Assembly: GCA_050250255.1 (NCBI GenBank)
Contig: JBFWOZ010000055.1
Span: 1 to 17,390, forward strand
Direction: 5' to 3'
Length of the DNA stretch: 17,390 nt
DNA from: Bdellovibrionales bacterium
GTDB lineage: Bacteria; Bdellovibrionota; Bdellovibrionia; Bdellovibrionales; DASUEL01
How positions within the stretch are numbered: the stretch's first letter is position 1; each line of letters starts with the position of its first letter. The translations under genes and the position numbers were made by a program. The notes beneath the pieces are model-generated. The model ran no database searches. It saw only the letters and a list, made by a program, of their open reading frames with translations, and was not told the origin of the DNA. Shown here piece after piece: positions 16,408 through 17,390 of the stretch.

Positions 16408-17235
16408 ATGAATTTTCTCAATAAGAAAAAATTTGGATTCATGGGAACTGGAAAAATGGGTCAGGCTCTGGTCAAAATTTTTGTTGAGTCCCAAAAGATG
16501 CCAAAAGAACAGGTGTTTGTGACAAACCGGTCTGCAAAAAAACCTGAGAAGCTAGCTGAAACTTTTGGTATTTCTATTTTAAAAAACAATGAAGAGCTCG
16601 TAGAAACTTGTGATGTGATTTTTCTCTGTATCAAACCTCAAGATATGATCGATGCGCTTCTTCCTATCGCCAATCTTTTCGACGAACACCACACGGTAGT
16701 GAGTCTAGCAGCAGGAATCTCTCTCAAGACTCTCAAGAAAACGCTTCCCAACGTGAAAAACATTGTTCGAATCATGCCGAACACGCCCTCAAAAGTCGCC
16801 AAAGGCGTTGTCGGTTACTGTGTCGCAAGCGAAGCGAAGGAGATCAGCGAATCCATGGGTCACTTGCTTGAACCTCTCGGCTTCGTAGTCTACGCCGATG
16901 AAGGAGAGCAGTTTGAGGCCCTGACAGTCGCCTGCGGAAGCGGAACCGGTTTTGTGTTTGAACTCATGCTTTACTGGCAAGATTGGCTTGAAGAGCGCGG
17001 TTTTGATGAGGAGATCGCGCGACGAATGACGATTCAAACTTTTCTCGGTGCCTCGATTCTCGCTAAGCAGGATCCGCACGATATTTTAACTCTACAAGAA
17101 GAAGTGGTTTCAAAAAAAGGAGTCACGGCGGCAGGCCTCGATTCCATGAGAGAGCTTGAGATCGAGCGTTTACTCAGATATAGCTTCGAGAAAGCGGGCC
17201 TTCGTGACCAAGAAATCGGACGATCTCAAAGCTGA
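16408..17235 (+). CDS. proC: Pyrroline-5-carboxylate reductase
   Basis: GFMGTGKMG, LCIKPQ, VSLAAGI, RIMPNTP, TVACGSGTGF, VVSKKGVTAAGL. Abuts the yggS stop. Confidence 0.93.
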   Translation: MNFLNKKKFGFMGTGKMGQALVKIFVESQKMPKEQVFVTNRSAKKPEKLAETFGISILKNNEELVETCDVIFLCIKPQDMIDALLPIANLFDEHHTVVSLAAGISLKTLKKTLPNVKNIVRIMPNTPSKVAKGVVGYCVASEAKEISESMGHLLEPLGFVVYADEGEQFEALTVACGSGTGFVFELMLYWQDWLEERGFDEEIARRMTIQTFLGASILAKQDPHDILTLQEEVVSKKGVTAAGLDSMRELEIERLLRYSFEKAGLRDQEIGRSQS

Positions 17236-17238
17236 CAT

Positions 17239-17390
17239 TTATCTGTTGGACACCTCACGCTGTTCAATATTGTTAATGAACTTTCCTTCAGAGTTAAAAA
17301 CGATATGAGGAGAGGGCTTAACTAATGGAAGCCGAGCTCGAATCTCATCAAACGTATACCATTTAATTTGAGTCCGAATTGCTTGGTCAA
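17239..17390 (-). CDS. Probable 3' end of a convergent gene entering from the right edge, product unknown
   Basis: Minus frame open from 17388 to TAA at 17241-17239: DQAIRTQIKWYTFDEIRARLPLVKPSPHIVFNSEGKFINNIEQREVSNR*. It ends 3 bp from the proC stop, matching the tight packing elsewhere in the window. Confidence 0.45.
   Translation of the reverse strand, partial: DQAIRTQIKWYTFDEIRARLPLVKPSPHIVFNSEGKFINNIEQREVSNR

Noticed and set aside
304..17079. Many short alternative-frame and antisense ORFs (60-127 aa) in the track
   Set aside because: All are nested in well-supported genes and show no recognisable motifs; treated as shadow ORFs.
17305..17366. Small plus-strand ORF MEAELESHQTYTI after an AGGAGAGG SD-like sequence
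   Set aside because: Only 13 codons, and better explained as the antisense of the open minus-strand frame; cannot be supported.

Overview
Gene-dense bacterial chromosomal window; gene content and protein style suggest a Bdellovibrionota/deltaproteobacterial-type predator (inference). Left: a lipoate/2-oxoacid dehydrogenase cluster (lipA 3' end, E2, lpdA, lipB), then a convergent exbB/exbD-type motor pair with no TonB. Middle: a sulfatase-fold lipoprotein with degenerate catalytic motifs, coupled to a Gcr-family ('site-specific recombinase'-annotated) polytopic membrane protein. The most interesting part is a tightly coupled six-gene minus-strand operon (15097->8668): tadC, DUF192, FHA-TM-sensor-TM-HAMP-PAS, FHA-TM-TPR, FHA-FHA-TM-TPR and a PP2C-fold protein lacking its catalytic aspartates. 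It looks like a phosphothreonine-reading module attached to a split Tad (type IVb/c pilus) machine, reminiscent of the Tad-like Kil predation apparatus. Right: divergent maf-yggS-proC and the probable 3' end of a convergent gene. No RNA genes, CRISPR arrays or mobile elements were recognised. All domain calls come from motif recognition by eye, not from database searches.
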